A DNA stretch of 64,000 nucleotides from Eledone cirrhosa (GCA_964016885.1 CAXHJY010000529.1:1-64000), one strand, 5' to 3'. Numbered from the stretch's first letter, positions 29,663 through 44,249 are shown. The notes: generated from the letters alone by a model not told the origin. Translations and numbers: made by a program.

Positions 29663-30296
29663 CCAAACCCCAGAGAAAAAAAGGTATGGACAAAACTGTA
29701 ACAAAATACAGAACCTCCTTTCCGATAAATTTATTCTAAAGGAAGGCGAGGAAGTGTGCGGTTTATCACTGGCTTTTTTTCAACAAACAAAGAAACAAAA
29801 ACAGAGAGCGGCTATGGCGTTTTCCAGATGCTCTCGAAGGACTTAGAATGGGCCCTTGTCTACTGTAGGGTGTATGGAAGTATGACTTTTTTTTAAGGTA
29901 ACGGGTAGAGCTGGTACGACACTCGTCTGTATATAAACTATTATAGTACCCGGGCCTGAGGGGAAGTGAAAAACGTAAAGTACAGGAACAAAAACTGCTA
30001 CGTAGTATTTGTTGGATGCTCTACAGACTCAGCCAATCCGTCAGTAATAACAATAAATGGTAACAATTCCAACTGTTTTTGTTTTTTTTTTACCAAACAT
30101 TATCGAAGAACTAATTAGATAAAATATATATATATAGATAGATAGAGAGAAAGAGGGTGAAATAGAGAGAGACTACTAGATCCTCCCTCACCCCAAAAAA
30201 ACCCTAACAAAAATGATAAGAAAAAAAATTATAGCGAAACTGACCGTAATTTTCTAAAAAGAGGATGACGAGAGAGAAAGTGGAGAGAGAGAGAAG

Positions 30297-30367
<71 letters not shown>

Positions 30368-30789
30368 GCGAAAGAGAAAATGGTGAGAAAGAGATAAAGT
30401 GGTGAGAGGGCGAGAGAGAGAGAATGGTATGAGAGAGAAAGTGGCGAGAAAGAGAGAGAGTGATTACATCAGACATTGAGTTTTGGCATTGATTATTCGT
30501 AATGTGTCTCCTGCCGCAATAAAACAGCAGGATATAGTAATGGCGGCCACACCACCGCCTCCGCCTTCTTGTGATGGATGTAAGGCCAGTTATACCTAGA
30601 ATGATGGAGTAGCATGGCGGAGAACACTGTATGTGTGTATAGATATATATATACATGTGTGTGTATGTATGGGTGTGTGTGTGTATATATACGTGTGTGT
30701 GTGCGTGCATGCGAGTGTGCATATATATATATATATGTATTTTTATATATATGTGTGTGTGCGCGCGCGCGTATGCATATGTATATATA

Positions 30790-30837
<48 letters not shown>

Positions 30838-31002
30838 CGTGTATACACGTATGTATATGTATACAGTAATGGTGTGTAAGAGAGGGGGCATGGTGGAACT
30901 GGCTCCTAGTGAAAGGACCACTAAAACCTTTCAGGATTTATATTCTCTCTCTCTCCCCATTTTTTACTTTCTAAGACAGAGAGAGTGAGTGAGTGAGTGA
31001 GT

Positions 31003-31055
<53 letters not shown>

Positions 31056-31126
31056 CGAGAGAGAGAGAGGCACAGAGTCCATAGAAAGAATAAACGCCCG
31101 CGCACAAATAAGCAGGCACACACACA

Positions 31127-31194
<68 letters not shown>

Positions 31195-31429
31195 CGCTAA
31201 CAAACATGTGGAAACATATCCACATTACATAGCCACATGAATATAAACGCATAGACAACGCTGGCCTTCCAACACACATGTGAATATATACACATATATA
31301 CGTATAATATATTCTGAACTGCAACTACACACACATACCAACGTATGTACACATAGAACATACACACGCACACACACACACACGATGAAAGTAGTACATG
31401 CTCAAACACACACACACAGACAGCTCGCG

Positions 31430-31937
31430 TGCAAGCATACACTTTGAAAGAAGCATACGTACGTATACAAATACACATACACACGGAAGCAGCGTACGTA
31501 CTTACATACATATATATGCAATATTTAAATGCACACTCACACACAAGCATACGTACATATATATATATATATATATATCCACACACACAAGCATACGTAC
31601 ATACATATATATGCACACACAAGCATGCGTACATATATATATATCCACACACAAGCATACGTACATACATATATATATCCACACATACATATATATATAT
31701 ATATATCCACACATACATATATCCACACATACATATATATATATCCACACATACACAAGCATACGTACTTACATACATATATATATACACACACACACAC
31801 ACACAAGCATACGTGCATACATATATATATCCACACATGCACACACACACATATATATATATAAATACACACACACACAAGCATACGTGCATACATATAT
31901 ATATATCCACACATACACAAGCATACGTACATACACA

Positions 31938-31970
<33 letters not shown>

Positions 31971-32157
31971 AGCATACGTGCATACATATATATATATATC
32001 CACACATACACAAGCATACGTACATACACACACATATATATATATATATCCACACATACACAAGCATACGTACATACATACATATATATATGCACACACA
32101 AACAAACTGACATTAAGATGCACATATCTAGTGCGCGAGAACTCATATACTCCTTAG

Positions 32158-32220
<63 letters not shown>
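31430..32220. repeat. Compound CA/TA minisatellite (cacaagcatacgtacata units)
   Basis: Direct reading. Confidence 0.9.
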
Positions 32221-32223
<3 letters not shown>

Positions 32224-32361
32224 AGAGCGGGCGTGTTGCTACGGCAATCATTGTCGCCATGAATTAATATCATGAATTGATCGATATACGATATTATTGG
32301 CAAAAACTAAAAATAAAAATTAGCAGCAAAGAAAGACAAGAACAAAGAAAGAAAGAAACAG

Positions 32362-32396
<35 letters not shown>

Positions 32397-32653
32397 CCAT
32401 AGCTTCTCCGTAACAGATATCTCCATAGATACGGGCTTGGATGTAAAAACAAATAGAGGATGAGGAGGGGGCGGGAGAGGAAGGGTGAGGGGGTTAGCTA
32501 TGGAGAAGTAGGTAGGTGTTGATGTTGTTGTTGTTGTTGTAGAGTTTATAGAAACGGAGGAAAGAAAGAAAGGAAGGAAGGAAGGAAGGGGTGAAGTGAA
32601 GAAATATTTTAGGATCGTCGCCTCCAACTTCATCAAAATGGTTGGAACACACG

Positions 32654-32654
<1 letters not shown>

Positions 32655-32705
<51 letters not shown>

Positions 32706-32758
32706 TATATATAATGTATATATATATACATTATATATATATATATATATATATATAC

Positions 32759-32832
<74 letters not shown>

Positions 32833-32839
32833 CATTATA

Positions 32840-32893
<54 letters not shown>

Positions 32894-32901
32894 ATATACA
32901 C

Positions 32902-32947
<46 letters not shown>

Positions 32948-33054
32948 CTATATTATATATATATATATATACATTATATATATATTATATATATATATAC
33001 ATTATATATATTATATATATATACATTATATATATAATATATATATATATACAT

Positions 33055-33085
<31 letters not shown>

Positions 33086-33500
33086 TATATATATATATAT
33101 AATATATATATATTATATATACATTATATATATATATATATATATACATTATATATATATATATATATATACATTATATATATATATATATATATATATA
33201 CATTATATATATATATATATATATATACATTATATATATATATATATATACATTATATATATATATATATATACATTATATATATATATATATAATATAT
33301 CATTATATATATATATATACATTATATATATATATATATATACATTATATATATATATATATATATATATACATTATATATATTATATATATATATACAT
33401 TATATATATATATATATATATACATTATATATATATATATATATATACATTATATATATATATATATATATACATTATATATATATATATATATATATAT
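32655..33500. repeat. (TA)n with TACAT interruptions
   Basis: Direct reading. Confidence 0.95.
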
Positions 33501-33596
33501 AATCTTATTGAACGGCAATATGTATAGTGATGCATGCTTATATTAACACACACATATATAGGTACACACATGTATATGTTGATATATATATATATA

Positions 33597-33780
33597 ATTG
33601 TTTCTACTTTGGGCACAAGGCCAGCAATTACCCAGTGTATTACTGGTACTTTATTTTATCGACCCCGTAAGAATGAAAGGAAAAGCTAACCTCGCGGGAT
33701 TTGAACTCAGACTGTAAAGGGACGTAACTATGCTAGAAAGCATGGCGTCCAACCCTCTACCGATACTGCCAATTCACCGA
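33597..33780 (-). mobile_element. SINE S1
   Basis: Full reverse-complement match. Confidence 0.9.
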
Positions 33781-33826
33781 TCAAGTAATACATATATGTA
33801 TGTCTGTGTGTGCGTATATATATATA

Positions 33827-33905
<79 letters not shown>

Positions 33906-34367
33906 GTGCGTGTGTGTGTGTGTGTGTGTATGTATATATATATATAACAAATCAGGTAATATATATGCATGTTTATATATATATAACAAGGTAATATATA
34001 TGTCAACGACAGCTACCCATTTCGCTGTACTACTGTTTCACAATAAATTTATATTTCGACACTGGCAGCCAGTTAGTGTAACATTCCGTTTATGGCAGTA
34101 TAAAACGATACCAGTAATACCAGTAAACATCCTCGTGTTAACTCCTACTTCACCCAATCTACTGTACCCTTTTAAGGGAAATCTACCATCTGTTTGCTGT
34201 TTGAAACAATATCAAACTAGATATGAAGAAGAGATTTGTTTTCGATTCTACCTAAAACCATTTCACGTCTCTTCCACTACTAATGCCCTGGCGCCACATA
34301 TACGTGGAAATAGAAGAAATAGAAAAACATTTCATCGTTTCCATTCTTCTGCAAATGTTGCATATAT

Positions 34368-34436
<69 letters not shown>

Positions 34437-34530
34437 AGCAAATATTAGAGTCATCTTATTTGTTATTTCTGTACATTGCACACACACACACACACACACA
34501 CACAAACGTACACATTATCTATATATATAA

Positions 34531-34653
34531 CGGAGTAGTTGTGGTAAGGAACCAGATGGACCATAACGCACCAGAGTACTCAATACTTAGGGTAGTAGCA
34601 ATAGTAGAAATAGCCGTCGAAACGACTTGAGCTCTGCCGTCGGGGTCCTACTT

Positions 34654-34657
<4 letters not shown>
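34531..34657. mobile_element. Penelope-like element, family A, rearranged (antisense tail joined to sense hammerhead 3' half)
   Basis: gtggtaaggaaccagatggaccataacgcacc..gtactcaata followed by agaaatagccgtcGAAAcgac..gccgTCggggtc. Confidence 0.7.
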
Positions 34658-34915
<258 letters not shown>

Positions 34916-34926
34916 TATACATATAT

Positions 34927-35116
34927 ATAGGAACCAGTAAGACCCCGACAGCTGAGCTCAAGCCGTTTCGACGGCTAATTCAGAATTAGCCGTCGAAACG
35001 GCTTGAGCTCAGCTGTCGGGGTCTTACTGGTTCCTATTACCCACTCTACTACCTCAAGTATTGAGTACTTTGGTGCGTTATGGTCCACCTGGTTCCTTAC
35101 CACATTTCCTTCGTTA
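34927..35116. mobile_element. Penelope-like element, family A, with a perfect 55-bp-arm palindrome
   Basis: 34927-34981 is the exact reverse complement of 34983-35037; contains GAAA-CGGC-ttgagctca-GCTG-TC; 3' tail continues to 35116. Confidence 0.8.
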
Positions 35117-35125
35117 TATATATAT

Positions 35126-35185
<60 letters not shown>

Positions 35186-35494
35186 GATATATATTTAATA
35201 TAAAATTGAATAATATATATATATATATATATATATGTTTGATATAATATATATATATTATATTTATTATATTTTACTAAATTCCTGGCGATTCTAGGTT
35301 TCGATTTCTGTATAGAACGGCTTTGATTAATTCGTTAATGTCCTTCAGAGCCGCGTGAAAGTTACCGATATTTATCGATTAATCTCTTCCCCCACCCCAC
35401 CGACTTCTCCATCCCACCCACACACACACACTTCACCCTCGATATCCCGCTAGAAGATATCACAGTTTCATGTCTATGCATTAAAAAATATATA

Positions 35495-36115
35495 ATTACC
35501 ACCACCACCACCACTACCACTACCACTACTACAACAGCCGGAGTAGTAACATCTACAGCAAGAACAATACCATTACTACTACTACCACCACCTACACTAC
35601 TACTACTACCACCACCACCACCTACACTACTACTACCACTACCACCTACACTACTACTACCACCACCACCACGACCTACACTACTACTACTACCACTACC
35701 ACCTACACTACTACAAATAAATACAACCACCACCACCTACACTACTACTACCACTACCACCACCTACACTACTACTACCACCACCACCTACACTACTACC
35801 ACTACCACCTACACTACTACTACTACCACTACCACCTACACTTATACCACTACCACCACCACCTACACTACTACCACTACCGACTACACTACTACTACTA
35901 CTACCACTACCACCTACACTTATACCACTACCACCACCACCTACACTACTACTAATACTACTACCACCACCACCACCACCTACACTACTACTACTACCAC
36001 CACCACCTACACTACTACTAATACTACTACCACCACCACCACCACCTACACTACTACCACCACCACCACCACCACCACCACCTACACTACTACTAATACT
36101 ACTACTACCACCTAG
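35495..36115. repeat. CTA/CCA-rich minisatellite (cctacactactactaccaccacca)
   Basis: Direct reading. Confidence 0.92.
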
Positions 36116-36339
36116 CAGAGGAAAAGAAAATAAGCATAAAATATAAATATGTATATTAAAGCAATTTCACAGCTGTTGAAAACTACTGTCGCCGCCGCCA
36201 CCACCACCACCACCACCACCACCACTGTCATCATCATCATCACAACATCATGATTACACAAAACGTTAAATTATTCCAACTCGCCATCATGGCTATTGAG
36301 CGCGGGCAATAAATTATATGACTACATACATATATAATC

Positions 36340-36379
36340 ATCATATATATATATATATGATATATATATATATATATAT

Positions 36380-36423
<44 letters not shown>

Positions 36424-36629
36424 ATATATATATATATATGATATATATATATATATATATATATATATCATATATATATATATATATATATATATGATAT
36501 ATATATATATATATATATATCATATATATATATATATATATATCATATATATATATATATATATCATATATATATATATATATATATCATATATATATAT
36601 ATATATATCATATATATATATATATATAT

Positions 36630-36664
<35 letters not shown>

Positions 36665-36726
36665 ATATATATATATATATATATATCATATATATATATA
36701 TATATATATCATATATATATATATAT

Positions 36727-36769
<43 letters not shown>

Positions 36770-36784
36770 TATATATATATATAT

Positions 36785-36879
<95 letters not shown>

Positions 36880-37123
36880 ATATATATATATATGATATAT
36901 ATATATATATATGATATATATATATATATATGATATATATATATATATATATGATATATATATATGATATATATATATATATATGATATATATATATATA
37001 TATGATATATATATATATATATGATATATATATATATATATATATATGATATATATATATATATATATATGATATATATATATATATATATGATATATAT
37101 ATATATATATATATATATGATAT

Positions 37124-37154
<31 letters not shown>

Positions 37155-37181
37155 GATATATATATATATATATATATATAT

Positions 37182-37215
<34 letters not shown>

Positions 37216-38053
37216 ATATATATATATATATATGATATATATATATATATATGATATATATATATATATATATATGATATATATATATATATATATGATA
37301 TATATATATATATATATATGATATATATATATATATGATATATATATATATATATATATGATATATATATATATATATGATATATATATATATATATGTG
37401 ATATATATATATGATATATATATATATATATGATATATATATATATATATGATATATATATATATATATATATATATGATATATATATATATATATATAT
37501 GATATATATATATATATATATATGATATATATATATATATATATATGATATATATATATATATATATGATATATATATATGATATATATATATATATATG
37601 ATATATATATATATATGATATATATATATATATATATATGATATATATATATATATATATATGATATATATATATATATATATATGATATATATATATAT
37701 ATATATATATATGATATATATATATATGATATATATATATATGATATATATATATATATATATATATGATATATATATATATGATATATATATATATGAT
37801 ATATATATATATGATATATATATATATATATATATATCATATATATATATATGATATATATATATATATATATATATATCATATATATATATATATATAT
37901 GATATATATATATATATATATATATATGATATATATATATATATATATGATATATATATATATATATATATGATATATATATATATATATATATGATATA
38001 TATATATATATATGATATATATATGATATATATATATGATATATATATATATA
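36340..38053. repeat. (TA)n with TGA/TCA interruptions, about 1.7 kb
   Basis: Direct reading. Confidence 0.97.
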
Positions 38054-38405
38054 TCACTTTTGAGCTGACTTTTGGGATGCTACCATACAGCTCTGAGTTT
38101 TTCATCCTCAGTGTATACTGATTAATGTTCAGAGCCAAAAGTCAGCTCAAAAGTGACACAGAGGAGACTGAGGTTGGCTGGACATGCTCACCGACATCCA
38201 GAGTTGACATTGCACTCAGTGCTCCTTTGGGAGCCCCTACATGGACACACTAGAAGAGGAAGACCAAGGTTAACATATGTTGATGCCCTAAGGACAGACA
38301 CTGGTCTGTTGGAGATGCAGAATATGGCAGCGATAATGAGGGACAGAGACCGCTGGAGAGAACTCGTCCATGGATCTCGGGAATTTTACCCGCCTTAGAT
38401 AGATA
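38054..38405 (+). mobile_element. 5'-truncated, 5'-inverted RTE-clade LINE 3' fragment
   Basis: Plus strand encodes KVTQRRLRLAGHAHRHPE...LLWEP..G...RGRPRLTYVD...RDRWR; minus strand 38054-38138 encodes the preceding ALNI...NSELYGSIPKVSSKV; short TAGA tail. Confidence 0.85.
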
Positions 38406-38489
38406 TATATATATATGATATATATATATATATATATATGATATATATATATATATATATATATACAAATACAGACACATAATTATATA

Positions 38490-38545
38490 TGCGGTGCCCC
38501 AGCATGGCCTCAGCCTGTTGGCTGGAACATGTAAAAGAGTAAAAG
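38490..38545 (+). repeat. Short dispersed repeat (also about 54236-54282 on + and 49330-49378 on -)
   Basis: gcggtgccccagcatggcctcagc..ggctggaaca..taaaa. Confidence 0.75.
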
Positions 38546-38619
38546 AATATAACAGATGATTGACTTGTCATTTAGAATAATTATTTTCTAACAGTTGTTA
38601 GTAAAGTTAGCAAGACCGC

Positions 38620-39170
38620 AGCATTGCTTAGCTAGCAGCGATACTCTATAGAGTACAACAACACTGACAAACACAGCATTGCTTAGCTAGCAGCGATACT
38701 CTATAGAGTACAACAACACTGACAAACACAGCATTGCTTAGCTAGCAGCGATACTCTATAGAGTACAACAACACTGACAAACACAGCATTGCTTAGCTAG
38801 CAGCGATACTCTATAGAGTACAACAACACTGACAAACACAGCATTGCTTAGCTAGCAGCGATACTCTATAGAGTACAACAACACTGACAAACACAGCATT
38901 GCTTAGCTAGCAGCGATACTCTATAGACTACAACAACACTGACAAACACAGCATTGCTTAGCTAGCAGCGATACTCTATAGACTACAACAACACTGACAA
39001 ACACAGCATTGCTTAGCTAGCAGCGATACTCTATAGAGTACAACAACAATGACAAACACAGCATTGCTTAGCTAGCAGCGATACTCTATAGAGTACAACA
39101 ACACTGACAAACACAGCATTGCTTAGCTAGCAGCGATACTCTATAGAGTACAACAACACTGACAAACACA
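38620..39170. repeat. 55-bp tandem minisatellite, 10 near-identical copies
   Basis: agcattgcttagctagcagcgatactctatagagtacaacaacactgacaaacac; no spacers. Confidence 0.97.
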
Positions 39171-39329
39171 TCATTGTTATTGTTGTTGTCTATCGAGATA
39201 AGAGCCATACTGATACTTTTGTTGAAGCTAACGAGGAGACTTCCACTAACCAGAAATAACAACTAAATCTCTCTCAAATAACACACGACCGTTATACTGC
39301 AATAAAAAAAAATGATAGCATTATATCAT

Positions 39330-39718
39330 ATAGCCTTTCATCTTTACGGGGTCGATAAAATAAAGTACTAGTAATACACTGAGTAATTGCTGGCCTTGTG
39401 CCAAAAGTAGAAACAACTATATAATATATCTCTAGATACGTCATCTGAATGAAAGACGGGATGTTCATGAATGGAAAGCCTTCATTCACACATGTTATTC
39501 ACACATGTCTACTCTTGCTTTCTTCTAACATTGACACAAGACAAGTAATTCTTAAAGTGCGAGATCGATTAATGCTTGATTGGTATTTTACTTTATCGAT
39601 CCCGTAAAGATGAAAGGCAAAGTTGACCTAGTTAGGATTTGAACTCAGAACATAAAGAGCCAAACCAAATACTGCTAAGCATTCGTCCGATGCCCTACCG
39701 ACTCAGGCAATCCACTGC
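39330..39718. mobile_element. Two SINE S1 copies in opposite orientation (39330-39418 +, 39520-39718 -)
   Basis: Body and tail motifs as above. Confidence 0.82.
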
Positions 39719-40197
39719 AGTTAAGTTACAATAAGAATAAAAATGAAAGTCCTGCTTTATCTGGCTTTGATTAGTCATTGATAAAAGAGGAAGTATGACA
39801 TCGTAGTCCTCATTTGAGTTTATTGTGGTGGGTATATATGGTTAACTTGGACAGCAGGATGTCTCGAGATACTTGTTGAATATATCTAGAGCCACTCCCT
39901 GGAGATCTATTGAATTTTTTGATTGTATGATTAGATACACAAAAACAAGCTAACACATACACAGACAAACACGTACACAGTCACAGACGAACATACACAC
40001 ACACACATACGTATTTTTGATTTCTTTCGCTACATTCGAATCAACATATCTAGTGGGACTGGCTACCTGTGAAACCGAGGTCATGCCCAAGAGAGAGCCA
40101 GTATAAACAATAGTTGCTCCAAGACAGTTTTTGAGGGAATCCATTCAATATTTCTTTGAAAAAAAATCATTTTCTGCAGAAGAGTGACTTCTATCTT

Positions 40198-40639
40198 TTA
40201 ATACTTTAGCATTTAAACCGGCCATATCCGGCCAGAATTATCTCACCTCTTTCTATTCAAACCAGCTGTAACCGACTGCTCATACTGATGTTAAGGTATT
40301 GTTCTCAAAATAAATAATATCAAAATCTCATAGATTCAAAATAAAGTTAGATAATTATGTAAGGTAAAGCCTTTACTATGAAACTATAATAGTATATATA
40401 GAGTAATGTAAATGTTATGTGATATTTATGTAAGGTAAAGCCTTTACTATGAAAATATAATAATATATATAGAGTAATGTAAATGTTATGTGATATTTAT
40501 GTAAGGTAAAGCCTTTACTATGAAAATATAATAATATATATAGAGTAATGTAAATGTTATGTGATATTTATGTAAGGTAAAGCCTTTGCTATGAAAATAT
40601 AATAGTATATATAGAGTAATGTAAATGCTAAAGGGTTAA
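40198..40639 (+). mobile_element. piggyBac-like MITE, copy 3, with an internal 71-bp repeat x4
   Basis: TTAA|tactttagcattta ... taaatgctaaaggg|TTAA; gtaaggtaaagcc at 40359, 40430, 40501, 40572. Confidence 0.82.
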
Positions 40640-40943
40640 GAGGTCCCGCAGTCACTACCCTAGGTTTCTAACTATGCTGTAATCACGTACTTTGTGACAC
40701 AGACTTCATAATCAACCTTATCGAAGGCCCTTGTAAAGTGGAGATATAGATATCTACGTGTGAGCCTTTTAGTAACAGTTTCAACAGGCAGTTATAGTGA
40801 AATAAACGTTGTGTAAGTTGGAAGACATGTCTGTTAACAAGTCATTTTATTTTAGGAACCTGATAAGTTCCTCCCTGATAACTCGTTCTTTGACTTGATA
40901 TATACACACACACTATATATATACATATACATACATATACACA

Positions 40944-40986
<43 letters not shown>

Positions 40987-41000
40987 CATACATATACACA

Positions 41001-41039
<39 letters not shown>

Positions 41040-41117
41040 CATACATATACACACACTATATATATATATATATATATATACATATACACACACTATATAT
41101 ATATATACACACACACA

Positions 41118-41168
<51 letters not shown>

Positions 41169-41440
41169 ATATATATATATATATACACATACAACATATA
41201 TAAACATATATATATACACACATACAACATATATAAACATATATATATATACACACATACAACATATATAAACATATATATATATACACACATACAACAT
41301 ATATAAACATATATATATATATACACACATACAACATATATAACCATATATATACACAAATACACACACAACACATATATATATATACATATATATATAC
41401 ACTCACATACATTATACACACACACACACACACACATTAT

Positions 41441-41608
41441 ATGGCAGTATTGGAGGGTCAGACATGCTTTCCAGCGTAGTTACGTCCCTTTACGATCTGA
41501 GTTCAAATCCCGCCGAGGTTAACTTTGCCTTACATCCTTACGGGGTTGATAAAATAAAGTACCAGTAATGTACTGGTTAATTTCTGGCCTTGTGCCAAAA
41601 GTAGAAAC

Positions 41609-41612
<4 letters not shown>
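41441..41612 (+). mobile_element. SINE S1
   Basis: B-box gagttcaaatcc plus body and tail. Confidence 0.9.
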
Positions 41613-41651
<39 letters not shown>

Positions 41652-42153
41652 CAAAATCTGTTTTAAGCAATTTGAGATAAGAGTCTCTTTCTTGCCTTAC
41701 AAAATGTAAAACCTTTTTTTACAACAGACACGTGATTGAAATATCAAATATTTGTACGGAAGGTAGAATTTATCGTTGAGTTCAGCTAAGTTCAACAACA
41801 ACGACTACAACAACAACAACAACAACAACAACGACTACAACAACAACAACAAGGACTACAACAACGACTACAACAGCAACAACAACAACAACAACAACAA
41901 GAACGACAGAAACGAAAGTCAATATGATTAAAAATAAAACCACCAAAGACACGGCTTTCTGAGACTGACGCGCCTAAAATAACAAAATCATAGATTATGA
42001 CAGTAAAGTAGAGATAGAGAGAATGTGGTGGTGGTGGTGGTGGTGGTGAGGGGTGGGGTGGGGGGGGGGGTGAGATGTTACAGAAATGAGATGGTAATTT
42101 CTTTAAAGGAGAGAGAGTGAGGGACATGTTATGGAGTGAAGGAAGATATTACA

Positions 42154-42196
<43 letters not shown>

Positions 42197-42261
42197 TAAG
42201 GACAAGCAGACATTTTAGAATAGCTAATTACAGAGCTAAATGTGAAGTGTGAAAACACTCC

Positions 42262-42684
42262 TTGGAGAGTCTAGCTTTATTATAGAGATACGTTGGAGAG
42301 TCTAGCTTTATTATAGAGATACATTGGAGAGTCTAGCTTTATTATAGACATACATTGGAGAGTCTAGCTTTATTATAGAGATACGTTGGAGAGTCTAGCT
42401 TTATTATAGACATACATTGGAGAGTCGAGCTTTATTATAGAGATACGTTGGAGAGTCTAGCTTTATTATAGACATACATTGGAGAGTCGAGCTTTATTAT
42501 AGAGATACGTTGGAGAGTCTAGCTTTATTATAGACATACATTGGAGAGTCGAGCTTTATTATAGAGATACATTGGAGAGTCTAGCTTTATTATAGAGATA
42601 CATTGGAGAGTCTAGCTTTATTATAGAGATACGTTGGAGAGTCTAGCTTTATTATAGAGATACGTTGGAGAGTCTAGCTTTATT
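42262..42684. repeat. 31-bp tandem minisatellite, 13 copies plus a partial one
   Basis: ttggagagtctagctttattatagagatacg. Confidence 0.97.
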
Positions 42685-43235
42685 TTATATTTTTACTACA
42701 CTAGTGAGGTCGACATCAAAGTTATACAATTATACAAAAAACAAAACCTGACAAAGGGCAGAAGAACTCATAAGAGTCAACGGCTATCCGAAAGTGTGTA
42801 AATATGTATATACACATGTACCGCGCGATTAAACCACTGGGAGTGAAGGACCCCTAGCCTTTGTCAGGGCATTCTTCTAGGAGAAAGCAACTCAGGAAAC
42901 TGGGATAACTCCGACATAAAACCTGCGGCTCAGTAGTTACCGATGATGTTGATCTTTTTTTCTTTTCGGGTTATAGCTACTGTCTCTCAGAGAGTGGGAT
43001 TGGCTCAGTGCACAGTCTTTCCTCACTTTAGGAAAATATCTTCACGCACAGGCATTGCACGATAGAATTAACTAATAATTATTAATAATGGTATATCGTG
43101 CAATGGCCATACTCGATAACGAGGGACCAGCCATCATATATATATAGTGAAAAATTGAACGGGAACAAAACAGAGAGGCAATACGAACAAAGGTTTATTA
43201 ATTTCACGCTCTTGAGAGTGGGGTGGTGGTGGGGA

Positions 43236-43272
43236 ACGACGTTTCGGGCATAAGCCCTTCTTCAGGTGAAAA
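43236..43272 (-). ncRNA. Minimal Penelope-type hammerhead ribozyme motif
   Basis: Minus strand: ttcac-CTGAAGA-A-GGGC-ttat-GCCC-GAAA-CGTC, AATAAA about 40 nt downstream. Confidence 0.7.
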
Positions 43273-44249
43273 GTGTGTGGGAAGAGAGTTCAAAGGGTGT
43301 GTAGGGGAGTGGTGGAGAGACATATAGCAAAAAGGGGGTGAGAGGAAACGGTGCAAATGAAATTAAAAATAAAGGCATGATCAAAATATAATTAAAATGA
43401 GGTAAAACAGGTGGTGGAAGGGTGTGGGGCGTGTAGGGGTGGTGGCGGGTGGAGTGGGGAGAGGGAGACGGGGTGTCCGAGCGGGGAGGGCTGAAGGTGG
43501 TGTGTGTGTGTAGGTGTACGTGTGTATGTGAAAGCAAGGGTTGGGGGAAGAACGGGGTTGCATGTTCAGAAGATGTGTGTGGGATGGGGTGTAGGTCGGA
43601 GTGTGCGCGCGTGTGTGGATAGAGGATTCCGGAGGCTGAATGTGTAAATGTGTGGTGGTACGCACGTGTGTGTGTGGTGTTTATGCGTGTTGTGTATGTT
43701 GGTGGCGTGTGGGAAAAATATTTTTGGGGGGTGTATGTTGGGGGGTGAGTCGTAAAGGTATTTCCGTAAAAAGATGTGGTGGAATGCTGAGTAAAATCCT
43801 TGGGATGCGGTAGATTCTCGGGATCAAGGTTCACACATGTGTAATCCGTGAAGAGATTGGCCGGAAGATGGGAGATGTGGGGTGCGCGCGCAACAGGAAG
43901 TGGTCAGAGGGTCAAGGCAGGAGGAGGGTTGTGTGTCTGTGTGTGCGGGGAGGTGGTCAGAGAGGCATAGCAGCACTAGGGTAGAATGCTAAGTGAAGAA
44001 AGTATATATATATATATTGACGGGACTAGCATAAGGTTTCCCTGCTAGTAGCGGTTGCATCTCAGCGCACTCAATATATATATATGTATGTGTGCGTGTA
44101 TGTGTGTGTGTATGTATGTGTGTGTATGTGTATGTGTGTGTGTATGTGTGTAGATAGAGAGAGAGAAATACAATTACATACATGTGACATTCTATTTATT
44201 AATTACATAATAAAGAGAAACGTCATTTACAGTGAATGGCGATCAAACC

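Noticed and set aside
35285-35355. Minus-strand CTGAAGG...GAAACCTAGAATC hammerhead-like relic
   Set aside because: Core and stems too degenerate to support; may be an old family member
38620-39170. CRISPR-like appearance of the 55-bp and 31-bp arrays
   Set aside because: Head-to-tail repeats without unique spacers, no cas genes, eukaryotic context
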